Source of the DNA: Candidatus Gottesmanbacteria bacterium
GTDB lineage: Bacteria; Patescibacteriota; Microgenomatia; UBA10105; UBA927
Direction: 5' to 3'
Assembly (NCBI GenBank): GCA_963790805.1
Contig: CAWBPL010000002.1
Span: 1,084,860 to 1,148,859, forward strand
Length of the DNA stretch: 64,000 nt
Positions 26,821 through 34,441 of this stretch are shown here, piece after piece. The notes under the pieces were generated by a model that searched no databases, was not told the origin of the DNA, and worked only from the letters and a program-made list of their open reading frames with translations. The position numbers and the translations under genes are program-made. Numbering within the stretch: the stretch's first letter is position 1; each line of letters opens with the position of its first letter.

Positions 26821-27765
26821 TTATGGAGAGGTGGTGATGCTGGCACAAGGAGTGTTACTTATCCAATACCACAAAACGCTTGATTCTTGGCATGCCTGAC
26901 ACGCGGTGCAGTAGCTTCTGCCGTTCGATCCGCAGACATACGGCGGCGGTTTAGAACACATCATCGAACAAATCTGTTGTCTTGAATTCGCGCTGCAGTT
27001 TACTATTGTTTGGTTTTTGTCAGCGGGTTTACTTACCTGATTGCCGGTGAATGTAAACGTTGAAAGAATTTGACCCAGTATTGGTTGATCAGCGTCTAAG
27101 ACATTTTTGTTCTGGGTTGATAGTGAAATTTCGTATATTCTGTGATTTTTTAACACAATCCCCTCAAGTATGTACATTGTCTTACTAAAACTACCTGAAA
27201 CGGGTATTACTCTGTCGTAGGCTATCATATATCCCTGAATCCCCCCTATCGCAACAGAATGTTTGTCTGAGTTATTTACATAAATAGATTGTTGTGAGTT
27301 TAAAAACTGATCAATCGTTTGGGAGTTAGGGGTGTCCGAAGCACCGGCCGTGAGCGACACATCGTCTGGAGCGAGCAAGTCGGGATTATTGTTACCGTGC
27401 GGATCCGAGGTTGCTACGAAGAACGAATGGCCAAGGTCTCCCTGATATTTAAAATAGGTAGTAGGATATTTGAGTGAGAACCCAAATTGTGTATCAGTAT
27501 ATGCCTGCCAGCCTGCCGTCGGCTCTGGTGCAACGGGTGTGGTGGGGATCTGGGTTGGTGTCGGCGAGATTTGTTGTGATTTGATCAATGTATTTTTAAG
27601 CTGTTGATTTCGATAATACAGAAAACCTGTTGAGGCTAATGACAGAAAAACTAAAATTGCAAAAGTTGGGACAATCCACTTATGACCGGTTTGTGTAGTG
27701 GAAGGAGTAGGTACCCCATTTTGTATTGCTCCCTGATCCTGATTTGGAGGGATCGGATTTTCCAT
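26821..27765 (-). CDS. membrane-anchored extracytoplasmic protein with a C-terminal Kazal-like Cys-rich domain
   Basis: One TM segment (WIVPTFAILVFLSLASTGFLYY), a Pro/Thr linker, and C-terminal C-x8-C-x3-C-x7-CGSNGRSYC-x2-C-x2-C. Confidence 0.55.
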   Translation of the reverse strand: MENPIPPNQDQGAIQNGVPTPSTTQTGHKWIVPTFAILVFLSLASTGFLYYRNQQLKNTLIKSQQISPTPTQIPTTPVAPEPTAGWQAYTDTQFGFSLKYPTTYFKYQGDLGHSFFVATSDPHGNNNPDLLAPDDVSLTAGASDTPNSQTIDQFLNSQQSIYVNNSDKHSVAIGGIQGYMIAYDRVIPVSGSFSKTMYILEGIVLKNHRIYEISLSTQNKNVLDADQPILGQILSTFTFTGNQVSKPADKNQTIVNCSANSRQQICSMMCSKPPPYVCGSNGRSYCTACQACQESSVLWYWISNTPCASITTSP

Positions 27766-27909
27766 GATATTAGTGTACCACAGACTAAGTGCAAGCTTCC
27801 TACACTACAGGTTAATGAGTCGCGATATAACGGCGTCTCACAGCCTCAACCTGTTGAAGTTATCATTAAGTACACTAATAGATTCAAGTGGGTTTAGAGT
27901 ATCAAAAAT

Positions 27910-29253
27910 TTAGATTCGATTAAACACTCCCTCCACGAAGGCGTACTGTTTTGCAATTTCATCTGCGTATAATAACGGAAAATCCTGAAAAAGTTTTTCT
28001 TGAGTAAAAGAAAACGTTTCCGACCCAAATAAATGCAAAAGAATCATTGGAGGAGTAAATAGATCGTTTTGCACAATCGTTTTTGCGGGAGCTATAAGTC
28101 CGCGATCAGCAATTTCTCTCCACGTTGTCGATTTGCCCAAGGTATATCTGATTGCACAAAGCGGATTATTCATATCAGAACGAGCTTGTCTCCAATCAAC
28201 TCCTCCCAACCATAATTCCTCTGGAATCGTGTCCAGCGACGCCAATGGTATTGATCCTGTTGAGAATGCGTCCATTACACTCGGATCGACATATGCTTTC
28301 TTTACGGCACCGGGAACAATCGTAACCGAGGGAAAAATGCTTTCGATCGGCCTATCACCAAGCAATACGGGAAACAATCCGTTGACAGCGGTTAATGTAA
28401 TTAATTCTCTTGTATCGATCTCCAATACCACAGCTGGAGCCGGTACGATTTGCGTATGTTCGCGGTGCATTTGTTCTGAAGTGGTAAGCCAATACTCAGC
28501 TCGATCAACGAGAGTCTCATATCTACCTATTTCTATAGGAACGATTCCGTATAATCTATCTCTAATTTGGTTTAACCAGCCTTCCCGAATGTTTGGGATA
28601 TCAAACATTCGTCTTACAAAATCGTCAACCTTTTTCCTGAGGTGGTCGATTTCAAATGGCTTTTTATTCTGATCCAATGCTTCCAAGACTTCCTTTAGGT
28701 CTTGATTTAACACAACTGTGCCAGTCGAATCTCTAGTCAGAAAGAGATCAAATGCTTTTGCATTTACATCGGTCCCGGCTGTTTTATTAAAATGCGCGAC
28801 CTGATCTGCGTCAATCTGTGGTGCTGAGAAAAGAAATTGCCGTAGATTATTGACCTTTATATCAAGTACTTCCATGAATGTCGGAACCATATGAACAAGT
28901 AACCCCTTATCAGTGGCAACATCCGCTAAAAAATGTGTTTCTGTGGGTATCAACCGTTTACCTTTTTGAAGTTGTTCGAGGGCGTTTCCGCCCGCGACAT
29001 GATACACGGTTTCAGGGAACGGCAATTCCTCTGGTCTATCCGTCAAAAATGTGTTGTTTTCATATTCAATGTCTAAAGACAGAGTCCCTGTCATTTCATA
29101 GAGAAAACCATCCAAATAGGGCATATTCGCTCGTTGTGCCATTCGTGCGCTTGCAGCTTCTAGAATGGAAACGAGACGCCCGTACTCCGATACCGCCGGC
29201 ATCGTATATTGTTCCAGTTGTTCACCAACTCCTATTGTGTCACATAGGATCAT
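27910..29253 (-). CDS. unknown protein coupled to the radical-SAM gene (cassette gene 3)
   Basis: 447 aa. ATG at 29253 lies 1 nt after the rSAM stop, with GAGG upstream. No recognisable motif, no TM segment, no signal peptide. Confidence 0.7.
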   Translation of the reverse strand: MILCDTIGVGEQLEQYTMPAVSEYGRLVSILEAASARMAQRANMPYLDGFLYEMTGTLSLDIEYENNTFLTDRPEELPFPETVYHVAGGNALEQLQKGKRLIPTETHFLADVATDKGLLVHMVPTFMEVLDIKVNNLRQFLFSAPQIDADQVAHFNKTAGTDVNAKAFDLFLTRDSTGTVVLNQDLKEVLEALDQNKKPFEIDHLRKKVDDFVRRMFDIPNIREGWLNQIRDRLYGIVPIEIGRYETLVDRAEYWLTTSEQMHREHTQIVPAPAVVLEIDTRELITLTAVNGLFPVLLGDRPIESIFPSVTIVPGAVKKAYVDPSVMDAFSTGSIPLASLDTIPEELWLGGVDWRQARSDMNNPLCAIRYTLGKSTTWREIADRGLIAPAKTIVQNDLFTPPMILLHLFGSETFSFTQEKLFQDFPLLYADEIAKQYAFVEGVFNRI

Positions 29254-29254
29254 A

Positions 29255-30817
29255 TTAAGCCTCAACTACCGCTAATCTGCGCATGGTTTCAAGCGACAAC
29301 AATTCTTGAATAATAGGTGCATAGAGCGCTTCAGCCGTCGAAGCTGCGTATCCCAGTTCTCCGTTATGCTCGACTTTTGTTATTCGCGGACAACCGCTGC
29401 CTCCATGAAGCTGCAAAATTGTTTCCGTCGTGGGATCAATATGGTTAAATTCAAGGTTTGCGCTAACTAAATTTGTCTGTTGGCCCGCGTATTCGCTATT
29501 TGCTAAATCAAGTATGTTAATTTGATTCTCTCGAATAGTGTCCATATTACTTTCCATGCTGAATAGGGCTTCGTGACACGAAGCAACTCCCCGAGGTCCG
29601 GCGGCAAAATAGTTAAAACCCGTCCCGCACGGCGTTGGTATAACCCCAAATAGCTGCAAGTAGTCAACTTTATCCAGCGGATGTATCGGAACGCCGTCGT
29701 GAATAAGTTCTCGTATTACCCCAAAACCCTTCCGCAATCCATCAATCATTTTTCTATAGCCATATTCGTTTAAAGCGGCTAGCTGTTCGGGAGTTTGTGG
29801 CCTAAAGAATGCAATACCAAGCGGTATGGGACGCTTTTCACCATTTGGCCATTCCCAGTCACCTCCAATAAACATATCACTTTTCGGATCCCACACTGCG
29901 CGGATAAAACCGGCAAATAGCGCTGCATTATCCGGCGTGACGACGTGATGCAGGTTGTAGCTAATCCCCGCCTCGTGAAGGCGTTTTATACCCTCGAGAA
30001 TATGGGGAAACTTGTCTTTTTCCCGCTTCACTCCGCGAGCGATATCATTTGCCTCACCGATACCCCAAAGACTGACTGCGACATGAATATCCCAATCTTT
30101 TACCTGTTCTACTACTTTTTCCGTGAGATATGATCCGTTCGTCAAAATAACCTGCGTAATTTCGAGTGCGGGAATTTCTTCTTTTAGTCGGTTGATAATC
30201 TGTTGTCCCTCTTTAATGAGTTTGAAGGAAAGGGGCATAAGCGCTTCGCCGCCGGCCCATTTAATACGGAGACGTTTTATGCCTTTATCTGCAATATCAT
30301 GAGCCGAACGAGTAAGAAGCATTTCCAGCGTTTCAGGAGTTAACGTCTTTGCCTGTCCCGATTCGTATCTGTCCGCGCCTGTCGCGCACCCGTCACACGC
30401 AAACGTGCAGGCTTCCGTCGTTTCCATATACATTTCCGCTTCTTCGGTGAAATTAGCGCTTACCGTCACCTTCATTTTCTGGTTATCCTGCAACAAAATC
30501 CAACGGTTTTGCAACTCGAAGGCGATTGCCTGAACATTTTGAGTATCAATGCCTATTGAAGCGGCTACGTCTCCTGAGCGCCGCGGACCTTGAGAAAACG
30601 CATCAAAAACAGCCCATGCGTCTTTATTGAGTTGGGTAAGTTCTGCTTTAACCGGATGATATAAAGCGAGGCGGTCTCCAAATAGTGGTTGAGGGCCGGA
30701 TGCATCGGCAGAATAGCCCATCAATTCCCGTACTTCTACGGTATGGGGGTATACGGAAAACAAAGAGGCATTATTTGCCTCCCATTCTCCTTGTCGTTTG
30801 TCAAAATCAGGTGACAT
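29255..30817 (-). CDS. radical SAM enzyme with N-terminal peptide-recognition-like extension and twitch/SPASM-like C-terminal region (cassette gene 2)
   Basis: CTFACDGC = CxxxCxxC at residues 137-144. About 120-aa N-terminal extension with a wHTH-like stretch. Three further Cys in the C-terminal third (PCGTG..16 residues..SCHE, GGSGCP). Confidence 0.8.
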   Translation of the reverse strand: MSPDFDKRQGEWEANNASLFSVYPHTVEVRELMGYSADASGPQPLFGDRLALYHPVKAELTQLNKDAWAVFDAFSQGPRRSGDVAASIGIDTQNVQAIAFELQNRWILLQDNQKMKVTVSANFTEEAEMYMETTEACTFACDGCATGADRYESGQAKTLTPETLEMLLTRSAHDIADKGIKRLRIKWAGGEALMPLSFKLIKEGQQIINRLKEEIPALEITQVILTNGSYLTEKVVEQVKDWDIHVAVSLWGIGEANDIARGVKREKDKFPHILEGIKRLHEAGISYNLHHVVTPDNAALFAGFIRAVWDPKSDMFIGGDWEWPNGEKRPIPLGIAFFRPQTPEQLAALNEYGYRKMIDGLRKGFGVIRELIHDGVPIHPLDKVDYLQLFGVIPTPCGTGFNYFAAGPRGVASCHEALFSMESNMDTIRENQINILDLANSEYAGQQTNLVSANLEFNHIDPTTETILQLHGGSGCPRITKVEHNGELGYAASTAEALYAPIIQELLSLETMRRLAVVEA

Positions 30818-30883
30818 AATAATGATCCACCAAAAAAACCTGCATAAATCAGGTTAAAGGGCATGTACTTATATTGTTTACCT

Positions 30884-31207
30884 TTATACCGCCGGAACCG
30901 TGACCGTCACTTCGATCGTTGTGCCGCTGGCCACAGTCGCCACTCCCGTTCCCTCAGTTATCGCTTTAACCGCCGGTGGGCATGCACAATCATTAAACAC
31001 TATACCTTGACTTGCATCACCAACCGCTAAAACAGGCTCAGTCGTTGCTTTCACTGCCGCTGGGCACGCACAATCACACTCATCGTGATTTTTAGCACCC
31101 TCGCCACCACTTATAGTGGAAACAGTTGCTTGCGTCGGGTTGGGACAGGCACAATCCTGTAAAGTTAAAGCCGTTGGCTTGCTCTCTAATACTGATACTG
31201 CACTCAT
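30884..31207 (-). CDS. Cys-rich repeat peptide, candidate precursor (cassette gene 1)
   Basis: 107 aa from ATG 31207 (GGGGGTGA SD-like 8 nt upstream). Three DCACP modules spaced 27-28 aa apart. No signal peptide or TM segment. Confidence 0.6.
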   Translation of the reverse strand: MSAVSVLESKPTALTLQDCACPNPTQATVSTISGGEGAKNHDECDCACPAAVKATTEPVLAVGDASQGIVFNDCACPPAVKAITEGTGVATVASGTTIEVTVTVPAV

Positions 31208-31248
31208 TGAATACATCACCCCCAATGCTCGTAAATGTTATAGGTTAT

Positions 31249-31279
31249 ACTATACCAATAGTCTTCAAAATGCAACCAA
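31249..31279 (-). promoter_or_regulatory. candidate promoter of the rSAM cassette
   Basis: Minus strand: TTGGTT, 19 nt, TGgTATAGT (extended -10). About 40 nt upstream of the precursor start. Confidence 0.35.
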
Positions 31280-31368
31280 CAATAAGAGCTGACAATATAT
31301 CTGCATCTTAATGGCCTCAACATGTTGAACGAAGTGTTCTGGCCTGCTATCATTGAGTGAAGCAAGAA

Positions 31369-31441
31369 GGACGATTAGCTCAGCTGGTAGAGCGTCGCAT
31401 TTACACTGCGAATGTCGGGGGTTCAAGTCCCTCATCGTCCA
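31369..31441 (+). tRNA. tRNA-Val (TAC)
   Basis: Acceptor GGACGAT/ATCGTCC, anticodon loop TTTACAC, T-loop TTCAAGT. Confidence 0.9.
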
Positions 31442-31530
31442 CCCTCGATAAGTTCGCGAAACACCGAAGCTGTAGAGCGGTATAATGGTTGAGACGCGCA
31501 GTTTTTCTTTCCGTTTGAGATACATGGAGT

Positions 31531-33057
31531 ATGGTAATCAACAAGCGTTTCATAGGTAGAGCGAGGGTCGTGCTTATTTTCATTTTTACCATAAGCATGA
31601 TCTATATACCTTCGTCTTTTACCGCCATATTGTTTCCGCTTCTCATTCTGATTGCCGTACAACCGTACATAACAAGGTGTGCTGACTGGATTAGCAGACA
31701 TTTCATTCTCGTAGGTTTGCAGTTTTTGTTTGCCGGAATATATTACGTATTCCACATAAAAAATATATTAGCCCTAGAGCTCTGGTCGGACGAAGTTATT
31801 TCCTTGAATATCGCAGGACAGCAGTTTTACAAAATTGCGAAAGAAGGGCTGCGCATCGGTATGTTTCCGCCTCTGCATTATTGGGGACTTTGGTTTTTGC
31901 AAAAAGCGTATGTTCATTTAAGTCCGCAAACCATTGAATTTTGGTATCGGGTGCCGCCGATGACCTATCATGTAGTCGCCGCACTGGTATTTTCTGCAAT
32001 TATTGGACGTATAATTTCAAGGAATCGTTCATCCCGAAGTTTAATTCTCATCATCCGGTGGCTGGCTTTTTTTGCGTATTTTTTTAATCCACTCTTGTTC
32101 TCGTATTCACTTGAAGTTCGACCATACGTGGAAATGGCCCTTGGCGCTGTAGTAACAATGGCGGCTATAGAAACCGGCACTGCGTATTCGTTGGAATTTC
32201 TCCCGCTTCTTTGTCTCTTTTTTCTCACTTCATTTTTTTATGCAATCTATTTCATTCCGTTTGCTCTGTATGATTGGATTCAGAATAAAAAAAAATTACA
32301 AGTATTGATTTCTGTTATCGTGCCGGTATATCTCTATGCTTTCGTAGTACCGTTTATAGGAAAACCAATTTCGACAACCTCATTGCATTTCGAATTAAAG
32401 ATAGCCGGCGCACTCGCTGCAATGCAACAATTACTATTTCCGAATCTCGTACAGGGTGCGGTATTCGTTGCTATACTTATTTCAAATAGAAAAAATACGC
32501 GTGTGCAAGTTGTGTTTTTGCAAACAGCAATACTTTTGATAGTCATTAGTATTCTAGCTTATATTACCCGCTACATTGTGTTTTTTCCCCGACATTATAT
32601 TCTGATTGCGCCCCTTCTTCTATATTTGCTTTTTGGCGCAGTACGCTACAAATCGAAAGTATGGACATATCTTGGGACAACGTGTCTTTGCTTCATATTT
32701 ATCGTTCCGTGGATGTTTAAAGTTGAAAAAATGTTGCAAAAACAGCAGTTTTATCCTAAGGAAACAATTGGTATTAAAACGGCTTTATTAAAAGCAATTC
32801 AAAAAAGAAGTACATCGATAGCACTGGAAGTAAATGATGACAAAAAAGATTCGCACTATTGGGATAATCAATATTATAACTACGTTGCCGTCTGGTATAT
32901 AGAACGATACGGATATTCAACTATTCATAGAATTACAGTAAACACTCTCTGCCAGACAGCTATACGTCCTTCTGAATTTCTTATCACGTACGGGAAACAT
33001 GATTGTCTCCACATATCCAATGCGGCATCTTTACAGCTAAGAACGCTCGGAAGATAA
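31531..33057 (+). CDS. polytopic membrane protein, possibly a GT-C (ArnT/PMT-like) glycosyltransferase
   Basis: 508 aa with more than 10 hydrophobic segments and a C-terminal soluble part. The architecture is typical of GT39/GT83-like enzymes, but no catalytic motif could be verified. Confidence 0.4.
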   Translation: MVINKRFIGRARVVLIFIFTISMIYIPSSFTAILFPLLILIAVQPYITRCADWISRHFILVGLQFLFAGIYYVFHIKNILALELWSDEVISLNIAGQQFYKIAKEGLRIGMFPPLHYWGLWFLQKAYVHLSPQTIEFWYRVPPMTYHVVAALVFSAIIGRIISRNRSSRSLILIIRWLAFFAYFFNPLLFSYSLEVRPYVEMALGAVVTMAAIETGTAYSLEFLPLLCLFFLTSFFYAIYFIPFALYDWIQNKKKLQVLISVIVPVYLYAFVVPFIGKPISTTSLHFELKIAGALAAMQQLLFPNLVQGAVFVAILISNRKNTRVQVVFLQTAILLIVISILAYITRYIVFFPRHYILIAPLLLYLLFGAVRYKSKVWTYLGTTCLCFIFIVPWMFKVEKMLQKQQFYPKETIGIKTALLKAIQKRSTSIALEVNDDKKDSHYWDNQYYNYVAVWYIERYGYSTIHRITVNTLCQTAIRPSEFLITYGKHDCLHISNAASLQLRTLGR

Positions 33058-33138
33058 TGAGTTTTTCCTTTGTTGAAACGTCCCGATGAAGGCGGGATAT
33101 TTTTTTGTTATAATACGCTATTAATCGTTTGTTGACTT

Positions 33139-33214
33139 GCCGAGATGACCGAGGTAGTCAAGGTGCGTGTCTGAAAAACACGTTATCTGGGTGCAATTCC
33201 TAGTCTCGGCACCA
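33139..33214 (+). tRNA. tRNA-Phe (GAA), atypical, CCA encoded
   Basis: Acceptor GCCGAGA/TCTCGGC, anticodon loop CTGAAAA. 3-bp type-II-like D-stem (ACC/GGT) and T-loop TGCAATT (G at position 55). Confidence 0.65.
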
Positions 33215-33308
33215 ATATTCGTTTGATAATCTATATTTTTAAGATTAAAATACCGACGCAAAGGTGTGCTTTGGGATCTGAACCCTTTGCGTCACATTTG
33301 TAGAAAGT

Positions 33309-33344
33309 ATCGTTGGGAAAGAAACGTAGTTTCTGTCCCAGAAA
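33309..33344 (+). repeat. conserved hairpin leader of tRNA-Gly (copy 2)
   Basis: ATCGTTGGGAAAGAAACGTAGTTTCTGTCCCAgAAA is identical to 4830-4865 except for one base. Confidence 0.85.
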
Positions 33345-33416
33345 GCGGGCGTAGTTCACCGGTAGAATGTCTCCTTGCCAAGGAGAAGGTAGAGGGTTCA
33401 ACTCCCTTCGCCCGCT
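33345..33416 (+). tRNA. tRNA-Gly (GCC)
   Basis: Same acceptor and D-arm as tRNA-Gly(TCC). Anticodon loop TTGCCAA, T-loop TTCAACT. Confidence 0.9.
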
Positions 33417-33425
33417 CCAGTACTA

Positions 33426-33460
33426 CAGCTAATGCTATAATTGCATTAGCTGTTTTCTTT
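33426..33460 (+). terminator. hairpin plus T-run between tRNA-Gly and tRNA-Gln (terminator-like; the loop also reads TATAAT)
   Basis: CAGCTAATGC-tataatt-GCATTAGCTG followed by TTTTCTTT. Confidence 0.4.
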
Positions 33461-33534
33461 GCGGGGTCGTCTAATGGTAGGACACCTGCCTTTGGAGCAG
33501 GGTATTCTTGGTCCGAATCCAAGCCCCGCAGCCA
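33460..33534 (+). tRNA. tRNA-Gln (TTG), CCA encoded
   Basis: Acceptor TGCGGGG/CCCCGCA (U1-A72), anticodon loop CTTTGGA, T-loop TCCGAAT. Confidence 0.85.
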
Positions 33535-33574
33535 ACACGTGCAGGCACGTAATTGTGCCCTCACGATTCATATC

Positions 33575-34363
33575 TCAGAGGCGTTGTAAAAATGCATCTA
33601 CGGTCGAAATGAAGTCTTTGTCAATTAACCTCGTGACATTTTCCGGCAGATACTGTTCATTCTCGAAATGATTATCCGAGACTCGATAGAAGCCCATAAA
33701 TGGTTTTTTGAAAACGTGACATGTCTGCGCTATTGCATATGATTCCATATCTGCCGCCCAAATACGCCTACTGTTCCGACCGGGAATTTGAGCAAAGGAG
33801 GCATTTCTTGCGTATTCCAAGTCGAAAAACCACATGTTTCCACCTCCGATAAAACACGGTACAAATTTTTGTTTTCTACTGTGAAAAAAATATTTGTACC
33901 TCTTGCCTATAGCAACGTCAGGCTTAAAATAGTACGGCTGATCTCCAAGGTTCTTGCTATTAACTTGATATGGTTTATCTCCGAAAATTGACAGCCAAAC
34001 CGAAGCATCTGATGTAGGGCTATTATCAACATTTGATCTTGTAATCCATGAAGTAGTGCTGAAAAAGCCAAGCGGTAGCACTATATCGCCCGTATGCAAC
34101 CCTCCCGAACCACCTCCAACACACCCAATTTTGAATACATAGTCAGGATGGTATAAATTAAGTGCTAATGCAGTCGAAATGCTAGCATTTGTATCTCCTA
34201 CAAAAGTTTGAAGTACTGATATTTCAAACTGGCGTTCAATAGTTGAATGCCAAACAGGATAAATGTTCTGTATTTTTTTTGACTCCGAACATTCGTAAAA
34301 GGAAAGTAGCTCATGCAGCTCTCGATCCATAGCTCCAATAATAAGGATTCTCGGTTTGAACAT
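33575..34363 (-). CDS. nucleoside phosphorylase superfamily protein (MTA/SAH-nucleosidase-like, divergent)
   Basis: ILIIGAMDRELHEL N-terminus and AADMESYAIAQ near the C-terminus are PNP_UDP_1 hallmarks. There are large insertions relative to Pfs. Confidence 0.6.
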   Translation of the reverse strand: MFKPRILIIGAMDRELHELLSFYECSESKKIQNIYPVWHSTIERQFEISVLQTFVGDTNASISTALALNLYHPDYVFKIGCVGGGSGGLHTGDIVLPLGFFSTTSWITRSNVDNSPTSDASVWLSIFGDKPYQVNSKNLGDQPYYFKPDVAIGKRYKYFFHSRKQKFVPCFIGGGNMWFFDLEYARNASFAQIPGRNSRRIWAADMESYAIAQTCHVFKKPFMGFYRVSDNHFENEQYLPENVTRLIDKDFISTVDAFLQRL

Positions 34364-34441
34364 GATGACACTTTACAGTGACCTGCTTTAGGTTGCTTGA
34401 CGCTATCCTGACTCTTCCTGACATATATGGTATAATAGGGT

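Noticed and set aside
28133-29258. Plus-strand ORFs of 179 and 126 aa within the rSAM-partner gene
   Set aside because: They are antisense to a longer ORF that is translationally coupled to the rSAM gene. No motifs were found.
31265-31755. Three minus-strand ORFs (86, 65 and 107 aa) around tRNA-Val and the start of the membrane protein gene
   Set aside because: They are antisense to tRNA-Val or to the 508-aa membrane protein gene. Composition is biased and no motifs were found.
33073-33114. Promoter for the tRNA-Phe cluster (TTGAAA ... TGtTATAAT)
   Set aside because: The extended -10 looks good, but the best -35 is 30 nt away. This is too uncertain to annotate.
33266-33671. ORFs of 107, 90 and 70 aa across the tRNA-Gly/tRNA-Gln cluster
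   Set aside because: They are built from tRNA sequence and its complement, so they are not coding.
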